A stretch of 64,000 nucleotides of DNA, taken from contig DYFO01000001.1 of assembly GCA_020725145.1 (NCBI GenBank), forward strand, positions 46,855-110,854, in the 5' to 3' direction. This DNA is from Symbiobacterium thermophilum. GTDB lineage: Bacteria; Bacillota; Sulfobacillia; UBA995. The notes under the pieces were generated by a model. It was not told where the DNA came from. It saw only the letters and a program-made list of their open reading frames with translations, and did no database searches. How positions within the stretch are numbered: the first letter of the stretch is position 1; the number at the start of each line of letters is the position of its first letter. Of the stretch, positions 47,843 to 57,415 are shown piece after piece. The translations under genes and the position numbers were made by a program.

Positions 47843-48802
47843 ATGTCGGTAAGAGTCGAATTTCCCGAGGAGGCAACCGCATTGCGAGAACCCGGTAGAG
47901 CTCACACCGGCATCGGTCGCCCGCTTCCTGGCCGTCTACTGATAGCGGCACTGGTGGTGGCGGTGATCGCCCTGGGAGCAGGCGCGGCAATGTTGTGGCA
48001 GTACACCCAGACGGTGGTCACGGTGAACGGTTACCGCATCACCCGTGGCGAGCTGTACCGCGCCATGTACGCCAGGGTAGGCCAGCAGACGCTCGATGAG
48101 CTGATCACGCGCCGGCTGGTGATGCAGGCGGCCCGTGATGCGAAAGTCACCGTGGACGAGACGGAAGTGCAGGAGTACATGCGCGAGCTGATCGACCGCT
48201 TCGGGGGAGAGGATGCCTTCGCCGGGGCGCTGGCCTATTACGGCGTCACCCGCGAGGCGGTGGAGGAAGACGTGCGCGTCTCCCTGCTGGCCGAAAAGAC
48301 GGTCACCGCCGGGGTCGAGTTCACCGAAGAAGAGCTTCAGATCTTCTTTGACAACAACCGCGAGCTCTTCGCCACCCCCGAGATGGTCAGGGCCAGCCAC
48401 ATCGTGCTCGCCACCGAGGAAGCGGCGCAGGACGTGCTGAGACGGCTCGGGGCCGGGGAGGACTTCGCCGCGCTGGCGGCCGAGCTATCCACCGATATCT
48501 CCACCGCCCAAAACGGTGGGGACCTCGGCTTTTTCTCCCGGGGCCAGATGCTTGAAGAGGTCGAGGAGGCGGCTTTCGCCCTGGAGGTGGGTGGCCTGAG
48601 CGGCCCGGTCAGTACCCTTTACGGCTACCACGTCGTCCTGGTGACCGATCGCCAGCCCGCCCGCGAGCCCGCGTTCGCGGAGGTCCGTGACGAGGTGCTC
48701 AGGCGCCTGCGGAAGCTGCGGGCGGACGAGCACGTGCACGACTGGATGCAGATGCTGCGAATGAACGCGGTCATCCGTTATCGCACATCGGACGGGAAGT
48801 AG
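47843..48802 (+). CDS. PpiC/parvulin-type peptidyl-prolyl isomerase (PrsA/SurA-like)
   Basis: An N-terminal TM anchor is followed by the parvulin domain (VRASHIVLATEEAAQDVL...GGDLGFFSRGQM). Confidence 0.7.
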   Translation: MSVRVEFPEEATALREPGRAHTGIGRPLPGRLLIAALVVAVIALGAGAAMLWQYTQTVVTVNGYRITRGELYRAMYARVGQQTLDELITRRLVMQAARDAKVTVDETEVQEYMRELIDRFGGEDAFAGALAYYGVTREAVEEDVRVSLLAEKTVTAGVEFTEEELQIFFDNNRELFATPEMVRASHIVLATEEAAQDVLRRLGAGEDFAALAAELSTDISTAQNGGDLGFFSRGQMLEEVEEAAFALEVGGLSGPVSTLYGYHVVLVTDRQPAREPAFAEVRDEVLRRLRKLRADEHVHDWMQMLRMNAVIRYRTSDGK

Positions 48803-48822
48803 TCCTGGACGGCGTCTCGCGG

Positions 48823-49719
48823 GTGCGGGCGGCCATCCATGGGGGGCCCCGCGACCGCCATCCGCGGGGAGAGCTCGGTCTTGCTCCCGAACTCGTGGAG
48901 GTCCTGGGCGGCAGGGGCTTGCGCGGGCTGGTGGCCGCGCTGGACCGGCTGGGCTTTGACCTGTACGGCTTGGCACCCGCTTGCGCGGCCGGTGGCGGCG
49001 ACCCCGCCACCGCGGCGCTGCCCGACGCGGCCGCGCGTGCGGCGCTCGGCCGCCGGGTGAGGAGCCTCCGGGACGCGACCGACTGCTTCCTTTTCGTGGT
49101 GGTTGGCGGGAGCTTCAGCGACCTGGCCGGCGTGATCGGCTGGCCGCGCTTTCTGGGCATGCTGCACCGGGAAGCCCACATGCTGGAAGCCTGGAGCCGC
49201 CGCCGCGCGGGCGTCTGGACCGCCGTGGCCGAGGAGGCTGTAGCGTCCGGTGCCCATGGCGTGGTGATCGCGGACGACCTTGCCCACGCCGCCGGAACCT
49301 TCGCCGACCCCAGAGTGCTGCGGCGCCACTTCTTCCCGGTGCTGGCCGCCATGGTCGCCGCGCTCGGCAGCGTTCCCGTCTTCCTCCACGCCGACGGACG
49401 TCTGGACGCCATCCTTGCCGACATCGAGCAGGCCGGCTTCGCCGGACTGCATCCCCTGGAACCGGCGGCGGGAATGCGCCCGGCCCGCGTGGGTGAGGCC
49501 ACCGGTTGGCGCCTGGCCCTGGCCGGGGGCATCGATCCCCGGGTGTTGACCGCCGGTGGGGTGGAGGCGATGCGGGCCGCGGTGCGCGCCGCCCTGCCGC
49601 CGCCGCCGGCCCGCTACCTGGCCGGGACCGCCTGGGGTTTCCCCGACGCCACGGTGGACCCGCACAGGCTGCTTGAGCTGTACCGGGTGATCGGCGAGGA
49701 GACCGGCAGCTCCGCCTAG
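48823..49719 (+). CDS. Uroporphyrinogen-decarboxylase (URO-D/MtaA-like) family protein
   Basis: It shows a URO-D fold (VVIADDLAHAAGTFADP...VFLHADG). The start is uncertain; GTG 48823 is taken from the ORF track. Confidence 0.45.
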   Translation: MRAAIHGGPRDRHPRGELGLAPELVEVLGGRGLRGLVAALDRLGFDLYGLAPACAAGGGDPATAALPDAAARAALGRRVRSLRDATDCFLFVVVGGSFSDLAGVIGWPRFLGMLHREAHMLEAWSRRRAGVWTAVAEEAVASGAHGVVIADDLAHAAGTFADPRVLRRHFFPVLAAMVAALGSVPVFLHADGRLDAILADIEQAGFAGLHPLEPAAGMRPARVGEATGWRLALAGGIDPRVLTAGGVEAMRAAVRAALPPPPARYLAGTAWGFPDATVDPHRLLELYRVIGEETGSSA

Positions 49720-49845
49720 GAGTGCGTCGGGCAGACCGCGGGCAATGGTTGGCATCAGGAGAGCGGGGCTTGAGGGGACCTCACTTCCCGGGGGGTGTCC
49801 TTCAGCCATGACCGTACCCCGGTGGAGTCTTGTTCATCTGGGAGC

Positions 49846-50238
49846 TCAGGGCAACAGCGTGAGCCCTGGGATTTCATGAAAGTGCCTGCGGTTCATCGTG
49901 AGCAGCGGCAGACGGCGAGCCAGGCAGCAGGCTGCGATCCAAGAATCATTGACGGGTAACGGCTTCCCCATCCGCTCCCTGTCCGCGACCAACTTGCCCC
50001 ACGTGCGGGCCACCTCGATATCGTAGGGAATGACGAGCACCGTCCTGCACCACTGCTCTATCTGAGCGAGCCGCGATTGCCCCCAGGCTTTCTTGTACGC
50101 CCACCTGTACAACTCGCCAACGGTTACGAACGTCACACAAACTGCTCGACCAACAACTGCGTCCCGCAACTCCGGCGGCAGCCGGCCGATCTGGCACCGA
50201 GACGCCGCGTCTGTGTCGAGTACGAGGAAGTCGCACAA
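49846..50238 (-). CDS. vapC: PIN-domain toxin (VapC family)
   Basis: TTG start. The N-terminal acidic pocket is LVLDTDAAS. The conserved PIN motif NDSWIAA is present. GC3 is visibly lower than in neighbouring genes. Confidence 0.7.
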   Translation of the reverse strand: MCDFLVLDTDAASRCQIGRLPPELRDAVVGRAVCVTFVTVGELYRWAYKKAWGQSRLAQIEQWCRTVLVIPYDIEVARTWGKLVADRERMGKPLPVNDSWIAACCLARRLPLLTMNRRHFHEIPGLTLLP

Positions 50239-50239
50239 C

Positions 50240-51187
50240 TTAGCCCACCAGGTCCCGGGAGCGGGAAGCGTACACGTCGGTCAGGAACTCCTCCAGCTCC
50301 TCCTCTGACTCCCAAATGTCTGCGCGCAGACACTCGGCGCTATCAACTGGACGGATAGCTTGAAGGTGAACCAGCTCGTCAAGATCGAGTGGCTTCCAGA
50401 ACGGGTACTCCCCCCAGGCTTCGGCTTCCTCCCAGTCCAGAACCTTAACATCGGTTACCGTAAGCCCCCGGACGCGCCCCGTACTGGGCTCGACCACGGC
50501 TTCACCCGTGACGCGGACGTACTTTGTGAGGGCGTTCAGAATGGCCGATGCCTGGGCTTCGTCGAATATGCACTCTACCGGCGCGCCGATTGGTGGATGG
50601 ACTCGACATCGCCTGCCGGACTCCTTGAAGTCCCCCATCAACAGCCGCCCCTCCACCGATTGCTGGCTGGGCAGAGGACGCGTTATGAGTTGCGCCAGAC
50701 GCTCGATGTGGGGAGGGAGGAGGTTCGCCGCTTTTCCGTTGCCCGGAAGCTCGAACGAGATCTGCTGGGTTCCTCGGCGGAAGAGGGCACCGAGCTCCCG
50801 CACTGCCTCTGCGACGCCGACGTCCCAACCAGCCGGCATTTCCCCCCGGTGCTCGAGCAAGGCGAGTCCTTCCACGAGCACTCTGGCCGCCCGGCAACCA
50901 AGTTCGAGGCTCTGGAAAAGAGGGACCTGCTCGCGCTCGAAATCGAGTTCCAGGATGACGCTCCCGGGGCTCATCCCCACCAGCTGCAGTCGCGTCAGCC
51001 GTTGCACCTCCGCGGGGCGCCGACCAGGCTTCACGCTAGCCTCCCCGCGAAGCACCATGGCCACCCGCTCAAGCGCCGTTTGAAGCGGCTGCAACAAGCC
51101 CACCAGGTCATCCACGCCGATGCGGCCGGCGCCTAAAGCCCGCCCCTCCACTCGCACCCGGATCGAAGCACTGCTACCGAAGTTCAT
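50240..51187 (-). CDS. 315-aa protein of unknown function in the antitoxin position upstream of vapC
   Basis: ATG 51187 follows a GGGGGGG RBS and an AT-rich promoter-like stretch. Its stop lies 1 nt from the vapC start. I recognise no family. An acidic C-terminal tail is present (WESEEELEEFLTDVY). Confidence 0.5.
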   Translation of the reverse strand: MNFGSSASIRVRVEGRALGAGRIGVDDLVGLLQPLQTALERVAMVLRGEASVKPGRRPAEVQRLTRLQLVGMSPGSVILELDFEREQVPLFQSLELGCRAARVLVEGLALLEHRGEMPAGWDVGVAEAVRELGALFRRGTQQISFELPGNGKAANLLPPHIERLAQLITRPLPSQQSVEGRLLMGDFKESGRRCRVHPPIGAPVECIFDEAQASAILNALTKYVRVTGEAVVEPSTGRVRGLTVTDVKVLDWEEAEAWGEYPFWKPLDLDELVHLQAIRPVDSAECLRADIWESEEELEEFLTDVYASRSRDLVG

Positions 51188-51300
51188 CGTCCCCCCCGCT
51201 CTACACCTATTCATTTCTTATTCTATTGTCCATTCTCCTCTAGCTTCATCTACTCCCGTTCTGGAACCTCCGCCGCGTCACGCTGGTGTCGGACGTTCGA
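51188..51300. promoter_or_regulatory. AT-rich promoter-like region plus a 20-bp near-palindrome (GGTGTCGgacgttCGACACC, 51284-51303) in a long divergent intergenic region
   Basis: The stretch from ~51205 to ~51260 (TGGACAATAGAATAAGAAATGAATAGG on the minus strand) is locally AT-rich in a ~70% GC genome. The dyad has 7-bp arms. Confidence 0.35.
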
Positions 51301-51672
51301 CACCCCTCGCCAAAGGATCCAGGCTACCCGGGCGTCAAACCCCGTGATCTCCCCCCATGACGGGAGGATCGCTACCCGCCGGCGGAAATCGAGCGTATCT
51401 TGCGGGCCGCGACGCGGCGCCGGAACCGGAGACGGCGACGCCGTACGCCCGGGCATCCACGAAGAAGCAGGCCGACGCGGGCAACGTGGAACCGCCCTTC
51501 CGGCGCCAGGCACGTGCCACTCCAACCAGGGAGGTGTCGCGCGTTGACGATCCCATCTCCCCGTGCCGTCAGGACCGGTCGCCGCCGGCCCCGTCGCGAC
51601 TGGAGCCGCCGGACCAACCCGCTGCTCGGCGCCAGCGCGTCGCCGTCGATGTCCAGACGTAGCGACAGGCCG

Positions 51673-52665
51673 GTGCGACTGCGTCAGGCCCTGGGCCTTG
51701 CGGCCCTGGGCACGATGATGTTGCTGGGCCTGCGGGCTTTCTTCGTCCCCGCCGTATCCGCGGTGCGGCAGGTGGAGCGGGAGCTCGAGCTGGTGGCGAC
51801 GACCGACTACCGCGTCTGGCCCCGGAGCGGGGTCCTGTACGATTCGGACGCACCTCTGAACGGGCGCGAGGCCTACTTCACGCGGCTTGCCGAACGCGTA
51901 GAGGTCATCTTCCGCTTTGCGGTCACGGGCCGTCCCGAGGTGCCGACGGTCGGGGGACCGGAGCTTTCCCTCACCCTGCGGGCGCCCGGGCTGTGGGAGA
52001 AGGCGCTTGAGGCGCCGCCGGCCTCCGTCCGGCTCGGAGAGCGCGACGTGGAGGTCGTCGCCGTGCTCGAGCCCGCCGCGCTGGCCGAGCTGGTGCGGGC
52101 GATCGTCGCCGAAACGGGAGTGCAGCCGGACACGCCCTGCGAGGCGCGGCTGCTCGCCACCCTGGAGGGCGAGCTTGGGGACACCGGGCTCCAAGCCGTC
52201 ATGCGCTCTCACCTTTGCCTGGTGTTCCGTCCCGACCTCGAGGCTTTTTTGCCACGCTTCGAACCGTCAGGCCGGGTGCGGCAATTCAGCGAAACGGTCG
52301 AGCGGCGCCCCAATCACCTCGCGGTGCTCGGCATGGAGGTAGCGGTGGTGCCCGCCCGCCTGGGCGGGCTGGCAGCATTTGGCCTACTGGTCGCGGGGCT
52401 GGCGGCCGGAAAGCGCCGCCGGCCGTACCGTTCGCCTCCCGCCGCCCGCAAGGTGCGCGGGGCGCTCGCGGTGCGGGGGCTGGCCGCGGAACTCCGCCGG
52501 CTGCCCCGCCTGTACCTGGACGACTTGGACGAACTCGGACGGCTGGCGGACCGGCGCCGCCTGCCGGTGCTGGGGGCCGCCGCCGACGAGCCCCCGCTCT
52601 TTTGTGTGCTGGACGGGGGGATCGCCTACATCTACGTCCCCGATGCCCGGCCGCGCGACGGCTAG
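51673..52665 (+). CDS. Hypothetical membrane protein (two predicted TM segments)
   Basis: GTG 51673 gives MRLRQALGLAALGTMMLLGLRAFF.... A second TM is LAAFGLLVAGLAAG. The upstream in-frame extension to 51400 is Arg-rich with poor GC3 and is rejected. ATG 51649 is an alternative start. Confidence 0.45.
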   Translation: MRLRQALGLAALGTMMLLGLRAFFVPAVSAVRQVERELELVATTDYRVWPRSGVLYDSDAPLNGREAYFTRLAERVEVIFRFAVTGRPEVPTVGGPELSLTLRAPGLWEKALEAPPASVRLGERDVEVVAVLEPAALAELVRAIVAETGVQPDTPCEARLLATLEGELGDTGLQAVMRSHLCLVFRPDLEAFLPRFEPSGRVRQFSETVERRPNHLAVLGMEVAVVPARLGGLAAFGLLVAGLAAGKRRRPYRSPPAARKVRGALAVRGLAAELRRLPRLYLDDLDELGRLADRRRLPVLGAAADEPPLFCVLDGGIAYIYVPDARPRDG

Positions 52666-52727
52666 GCAGGTGCGGCCGACCGTGGGAGCGAAGAGGTCAG
52701 GGCCTTTATCCGGGGAGGTGTACCCGT

Positions 52728-53912
52728 TTGTCAGAACTCAGTATCGGCAAGGAGGAGTACCTGGCGCGTCGCCGGCGCGTGGTGTCGGAGGTGGAAGCGC
52801 AAGGTGCCCGAGGCATGGTGCTGTTCGGCTCCACGTCTATCTTCTACCTGACCGGGTTTGCCTTTCTGCCCACCGAGCGCCCCGCCGCCCTCATCTTGGA
52901 ACCCGAGCGCGCCAGTCTTTTCGTTCCACGCCTGGAGCAGGAGCATGCCGAAGAGACCGCCTTCGTGGACCTCGTGCGCACCTACCCCGAGTATCCGGGG
53001 GAGCGTCACCCCATGCGGTGCCTGGCGGACTTCCTCGAGGAGCTGGGGCTGGGAGAGGGAACGCTGGCGGCCGACGCGCCCGGTTACGGTTCGGGCTGGG
53101 GCTACGAAGGACCTCCACTTGACCAGCTGCTCTCCGGTGTGGTCATCAAGCTTTTACCGAAGCTGGTGGAACGCCACCGCATGATCAAGTCTCCCCAGGA
53201 GGTGCGGCTCATACGCGAGAGCGCCCGCTGGGGCAACCTGGCCCACGCCTTGCTGCAGGAGTACTCGCGTCCCGGCGCCACCGAGAACGAGATCTCCCTG
53301 CGCGCCTCGCTGGAAGCCACGCAGGCGATGGTGCGCACGCTGGGTCCCACCTTCGAGCCCCGGGGAGGAGAGGGGGCTTCGGCCGGTTTCCGGGGACAGA
53401 TCGGTCCCAACTCCGCCCTGCCCCACGCCATCACCCGCAACCTGCGTCTCCGGGAAGGAGACGTGCTGGTCACGGGAGCGAGTGCCACGGTATGGGGTTA
53501 CGGCAGCGAGCTCGAACGGACGATGTTCGTGGGACGTCCGTCCCCCGAGCAGAGGAAGTTCTTCGACCTCATGCTCGCCCTGCAGGACCTGAGCTTTGAG
53601 ACCATCAGGCCGGGCATCCCCTGCGCCGAGGTTGACCGCGCGGTGCGTGCCTTCTACGACCGTCACGAGCTTTGGCCCTACTGGCGCCACCATGTGGGGC
53701 ACGCGCTCGGGTTGCTCGGACACGAGGCTCCCTTCTTCGACATCGGCGATGGGACGATCATCGAGCCGGGCATGGTCTTCAGCGTGGAACCCGGGCTGTA
53801 CGTTCCGGGCCTGGGAGGCTTTCGCCATTCCGACACGCTGGTGATCACCGAGAACGGGTTTGAGCTTCTGACCTACTACCCCCGGGACCTGGAAAGCCTG
53901 ATTTGCGGGTGA
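52728..53912 (+). CDS. M24-family metallopeptidase (Xaa-Pro aminopeptidase/prolidase-like)
   Basis: TTG 52728 follows GGGGAGGTG. The metal-ligand region is HHVGHALGL...FSVEPGLY. Confidence 0.7.
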   Translation: MSELSIGKEEYLARRRRVVSEVEAQGARGMVLFGSTSIFYLTGFAFLPTERPAALILEPERASLFVPRLEQEHAEETAFVDLVRTYPEYPGERHPMRCLADFLEELGLGEGTLAADAPGYGSGWGYEGPPLDQLLSGVVIKLLPKLVERHRMIKSPQEVRLIRESARWGNLAHALLQEYSRPGATENEISLRASLEATQAMVRTLGPTFEPRGGEGASAGFRGQIGPNSALPHAITRNLRLREGDVLVTGASATVWGYGSELERTMFVGRPSPEQRKFFDLMLALQDLSFETIRPGIPCAEVDRAVRAFYDRHELWPYWRHHVGHALGLLGHEAPFFDIGDGTIIEPGMVFSVEPGLYVPGLGGFRHSDTLVITENGFELLTYYPRDLESLICG

Positions 53913-54325
53913 GGAGCTTGCGGCAGCTCTTTCCGTACTGGGAGGACATAAACGCCGATTTCCGGCGCGCTCTGGCGGAGCTCGGCCCCGAGGAGCTGGC
54001 CTGGGTCCCGCCGGGCGGGCTAAACGGCATCGGCCCGCTGGCCGCCCACGTGGCCCGGGTCTACGACCGCGATGTCAACGTGTGCCTGCGGGGTGGGGAA
54101 GGCCGGCTGCCCCAGGACTGGCGACCCGCCACCGCCTGCGAGCTGATCGAGGCGCTGGCGGCGCTGCACGCCGACCTGCAGGACTACCTCGCCCGCACCG
54201 GGCCCGACGACCTCGATGTTCGGGCAACCGAGCTTTTGTGGAACGTGCTGATAGAGGAACTGCACCACCGCGGGCAGGTGTTCATGCTCATGCGGATGCT
54301 CGGGCGCGATCCTCCTCGCATCTGA
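53903..54325 (+). CDS. DinB/YfiT-like (DinB_2) four-helix-bundle protein
   Basis: The 140-aa protein has His-containing helices (AAHVARVYDRD, ELHHRGQ). Confidence 0.5.
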   Translation: MRVRSLRQLFPYWEDINADFRRALAELGPEELAWVPPGGLNGIGPLAAHVARVYDRDVNVCLRGGEGRLPQDWRPATACELIEALAALHADLQDYLARTGPDDLDVRATELLWNVLIEELHHRGQVFMLMRMLGRDPPRI

Positions 54326-54381
54326 AGGGCATCGGTATTCTGTGCCCCGCATAAGGCTGAGAGGGTACGGGGGTGAGGGGC

Positions 54382-55020
54382 ATGGGCGGCTATTGCCCGG
54401 TCAGCCTGAAGCTCGAAGGCAGACAGGCGGTGGTGGTCGGGGGACGGGAGGCGGCGGCGGGCGCCGCGGCCGCGCTGGCCGACGGCGGCGCCCGGGTGGT
54501 GGTGATCGGCCCGCAGGTGGTTGAAAGGTTGGAGCCGCTGGTGCGTGCCGGCCGGGTGGAGTGGACCGGCCGCGAGTACGCCGGACCCGCCGACCTCGCG
54601 GGGGCGACGGTGGTGGCCGCCGCCAGCGGAGACCCGGAGCTCGATGCGCGGGTGGCCGCCGATGCCCGGCGTGTACGGGCGCTGGTCTTCGTGGCCTCCG
54701 ATCCCGCGCGGGGCGACCTTTGCTTGCCCGAGGTGGTGCGACGCGGCGGCCTCACCCTGGCGGTGGATACCGGCGGCCGTATCCCGGCGCTCGCCCGGCG
54801 TATCCGCGAGGAACTCGAGGCGGCCTACGGGCCGGAACACGGGGCCTTGCTCGAACTGCTCGTCCAGCTGGAGTGTCAGACGGCGATGCGGCTGGCCGAC
54901 CGCGCGCGCCGACAGGCGCTGTGGGAGCGGCTGGTCCGTCCGGAACTGGCCGCCCTCATCAGGGAGGGACGTCTGGCGGAGGTCGAGCGGGAGGTGGGCA
55001 GGCTGCTTTCCGGCGCGTAG
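54382..55020 (+). CDS. Precorrin-2 dehydrogenase / sirohydrochlorin ferrochelatase (SirC/CysG N-terminal domain-like)
   Basis: PVSLKLEGRQAVVVGGREAAAG is a Rossmann fold typical of siroheme synthase N-terminal domains. The ORF-track start at 54373 is an alternative. Confidence 0.65.
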   Translation: MGGYCPVSLKLEGRQAVVVGGREAAAGAAAALADGGARVVVIGPQVVERLEPLVRAGRVEWTGREYAGPADLAGATVVAAASGDPELDARVAADARRVRALVFVASDPARGDLCLPEVVRRGGLTLAVDTGGRIPALARRIREELEAAYGPEHGALLELLVQLECQTAMRLADRARRQALWERLVRPELAALIREGRLAEVEREVGRLLSGA

Positions 55021-55047
55021 CACGAACGCCGCATGCGGAGGCGTTGA

Positions 55048-55935
55048 ATGGGCAGTTCCGATCGTCCTGAGCCGGTCCCGGCGGACGGCGTCCGGGGCGT
55101 ACTCGCCGTCTGCCTGCTGGCCGGGCTGCTGTTCGGAGTACAGATCGGTGCCACCGTGGCCATCGCGCTGGTGCTGGCCTACTACCACCGCCGGCGGGTG
55201 CTGCCCTGGCGGAGCTGGCTGCGACCGGGCGCCGGCGCGGCCTGGCGGTTGGCGGGTTTGTTCCTCGTGCTCACCCTGGTGGCCGACGTGCTGGTGGTCT
55301 GGAGCCTTCATAGCTGGCCGGCCCTAGGGGAGTTCCTGGCTCGCCTGCGTCCCCCCGAAACCCACTGGCCGATCGGTCCCTGGCCCCTGCTTGTGCCCGC
55401 CCTCCTGCAGTGGGCGGTGTTGCCCGCGATCGGCGAGGAGTTCCTCTTCCGGGGGCTTGTGCTGCAGGCCATGCTGCCGCGAGGCCGGGCCCAGGCGGTA
55501 TGGTCCTCCTCGCTCCTGTTCGCGTTCCTCCACGTACCCGCCCTGCCCTCGCACCTCTTGGCCGGGGTCGCCCTGGCCCTGCTGACGCTGCGTTACGGCT
55601 CGCTCTGGCCCGCGGTGGCGCTGCACTTCGCCGCCAACAGCTGCGTCGTGGTGCTTTCGTTCGTGATGGGGCGCACGGACCTCTGTCCCGTGTGCAGTCA
55701 TCCCTGGGCCACCCTGGTAACCGCGCTGGCGGTGGGAGCGGCGGCGGTCGTCCTGGGGAGGGCCGTGCTTGGAGACCTGTGGAGATGGGTGAGGGAGGAG
55801 ATCCCGCTGTCGTGGCGGCAGGCCGGACGGGAAGTGGGCTTTTTACTGCGGCACGGTTCGGTGTGGGTGCTGGTGGCGCTCACGGTGCTGGAGATGGTCT
55901 TTCGCCTGTCAAGATGGCCGCTTTCGACCGATTAA
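55048..55935 (+). CDS. CPBP-family (CAAX) intramembrane glutamic protease
   Basis: It is a multi-TM protein. The CPBP motifs EEFLFRG, FAFLH and HFAAN are present. Confidence 0.75.
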   Translation: MGSSDRPEPVPADGVRGVLAVCLLAGLLFGVQIGATVAIALVLAYYHRRRVLPWRSWLRPGAGAAWRLAGLFLVLTLVADVLVVWSLHSWPALGEFLARLRPPETHWPIGPWPLLVPALLQWAVLPAIGEEFLFRGLVLQAMLPRGRAQAVWSSSLLFAFLHVPALPSHLLAGVALALLTLRYGSLWPAVALHFAANSCVVVLSFVMGRTDLCPVCSHPWATLVTALAVGAAAVVLGRAVLGDLWRWVREEIPLSWRQAGREVGFLLRHGSVWVLVALTVLEMVFRLSRWPLSTD

Positions 55936-55978
55936 AGCAGGTACCGAACCGTCCGCCGGCGAAGATCACGCCGGCGAG

Positions 55979-56335
55979 GTGGCCATGGCGAAGCAAGCCG
56001 AAACCATCTTCGTGACCGGTTATGCCCGACTTCCCGCCGGCATCACCGCGGGTGAGCTTTACCGTGTGGTCGGGGTCGGCCTCGAGGTGGAGGCGGCCAG
56101 CGGCCGCATCGTGGCGGCCGAATGCACGCTCGCCACCCAGCTCGGCCGGGATTTCGTGCGGCGCATCCTGGTGGGAAGGAGCCTTGAAGGCGACCTCCCC
56201 GCCGTCTTCCAGGAGATCGAGCGGCGTTACCAGGGGTATGCCCAGAAGGCGATCATCACCGCCCTGAAGACCATTCAGGACAAGTACCGCAGTCTGCGCG
56301 AGCGCGAACGGGGGGGAGAGGGAACGGCGAGCTGA
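55979..56335 (+). CDS. Small conserved protein of unknown function (possibly DUF3870-like)
   Basis: The 118-aa protein begins TIFVTGYARLPAGIT.... The family assignment is from memory only. Confidence 0.35.
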   Translation: MAMAKQAETIFVTGYARLPAGITAGELYRVVGVGLEVEAASGRIVAAECTLATQLGRDFVRRILVGRSLEGDLPAVFQEIERRYQGYAQKAIITALKTIQDKYRSLRERERGGEGTAS

Positions 56336-56538
56336 TACGCCCTGTCGGCGGGCCGGCGGGACCAAGACACCGGCCTGCCTGTGCGCCCGCGGTGGAGGTC
56401 CGGGGGACCTGCCGGCATGGTCCCCGCCATGACCTGCGCGGAAGCGGGCGTGAAGACCGGCGGGAAGGCGCCCGGGGTGGTTCCGAGGCGACGGCCGGTC
56501 GTGCTTTTTTCGGGCACTTCAGGAAAGGGGAGTCGGTC

Positions 56539-57384
56539 GTGCGCGAGATCAGGGTTTCCGAGGTGGCGGATGCCGTACGGGACCTTTGCATCGAGGCCTG
56601 TTACGATCTGCCACCCGACGTGGTGGCGGCGCTCCAAGCCGCCCGGGACAAAGAGGAGTCGCCACTGGGCCGCGAGATCATCGAGGAGCTCCTCGAGAAC
56701 GCCGCGATCGCCAGGCGGGACCGCGTTCCCATCTGCCAGGACACCGGAGTGGTGATCGTCTTCGTCGAACTCGGCCAGGACGTGCGGCTGACGGGTGGGA
56801 GCCTGGAGGAGGCGATCAACGACGGCGTTCGGCGTGGCTACAAGGACGGCTACCTGCGAACCTCGGTGGTGGACGATCCCATTTTCCGGCGCATCAACAC
56901 CCGCGACAACACGCCGGCCTTCGTTTACGTCCGGCTGGTGCCGGGCGACGCGCTGCGGCTGTGGGTAGTCCCCAAGGGGACGGGCAGCGAGAACATGGGT
57001 GGCATGAAGCTGCTGACGCCGGCCCACGGTGCCCGCGGCATACGCGACTTCGTGGTGGAAGTCGTGGACCGGGCCGGTTCCAACCCCTGTCCGCCGGTGG
57101 TGGTGGGCGTCGGGGTGGGAGGGATGATGGAGCAGGCCGCCCTGTTGGCCAAGAAAGCACTGCTTCGGCCGGTAGGTCGGCCGCATCCCCAGGCGGAGGT
57201 GGCCGCGCTCGAGGCCGAGATCCTGGAGGCCGTGAACGGCCTCGGCATCGGCCCCCAGGGGCTGGGAGGCAGGACCACGGCGCTGGCGGTGCACCTGGAG
57301 ACCGCCCCCACCCATATCGGTGCGCTGCCCGTGGCGGTCACCCTTCAGTGCCACGCGGCGAGGCATGCGGAGCGAAGCCTGTAG
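56539..57384 (+). CDS. Class I fumarate hydratase / L(+)-tartrate dehydratase alpha subunit
   Basis: GTG 56539 follows AGGAAAGGGGAG. The [4Fe-4S] hydro-lyase alpha pattern is ...PICQDTGVVIVFVELG...PCPP.... Confidence 0.75.
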   Translation: MREIRVSEVADAVRDLCIEACYDLPPDVVAALQAARDKEESPLGREIIEELLENAAIARRDRVPICQDTGVVIVFVELGQDVRLTGGSLEEAINDGVRRGYKDGYLRTSVVDDPIFRRINTRDNTPAFVYVRLVPGDALRLWVVPKGTGSENMGGMKLLTPAHGARGIRDFVVEVVDRAGSNPCPPVVVGVGVGGMMEQAALLAKKALLRPVGRPHPQAEVAALEAEILEAVNGLGIGPQGLGGRTTALAVHLETAPTHIGALPVAVTLQCHAARHAERSL

Positions 57385-57415
57385 CGGGTTACCCCATCGG
57401 GAAGAGGTGAAACCA

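Noticed and set aside
49847-49870. Hairpin CAGGGC-aacagcgtga-GCCCTG near the vapC stop, considered as a terminator.
   Set aside because: It lies inside the vapC coding sequence (last codons) rather than downstream of it on the coding strand.
51400-51672. N-terminal extension of the membrane-protein ORF (MRAATRRRNRRRRRRTPG...).
   Set aside because: It is Arg-rich with poor third-position GC compared with the downstream part. It lies in a long intergenic region. A GTG at 51673 gives a sensible signal/TM N-terminus.
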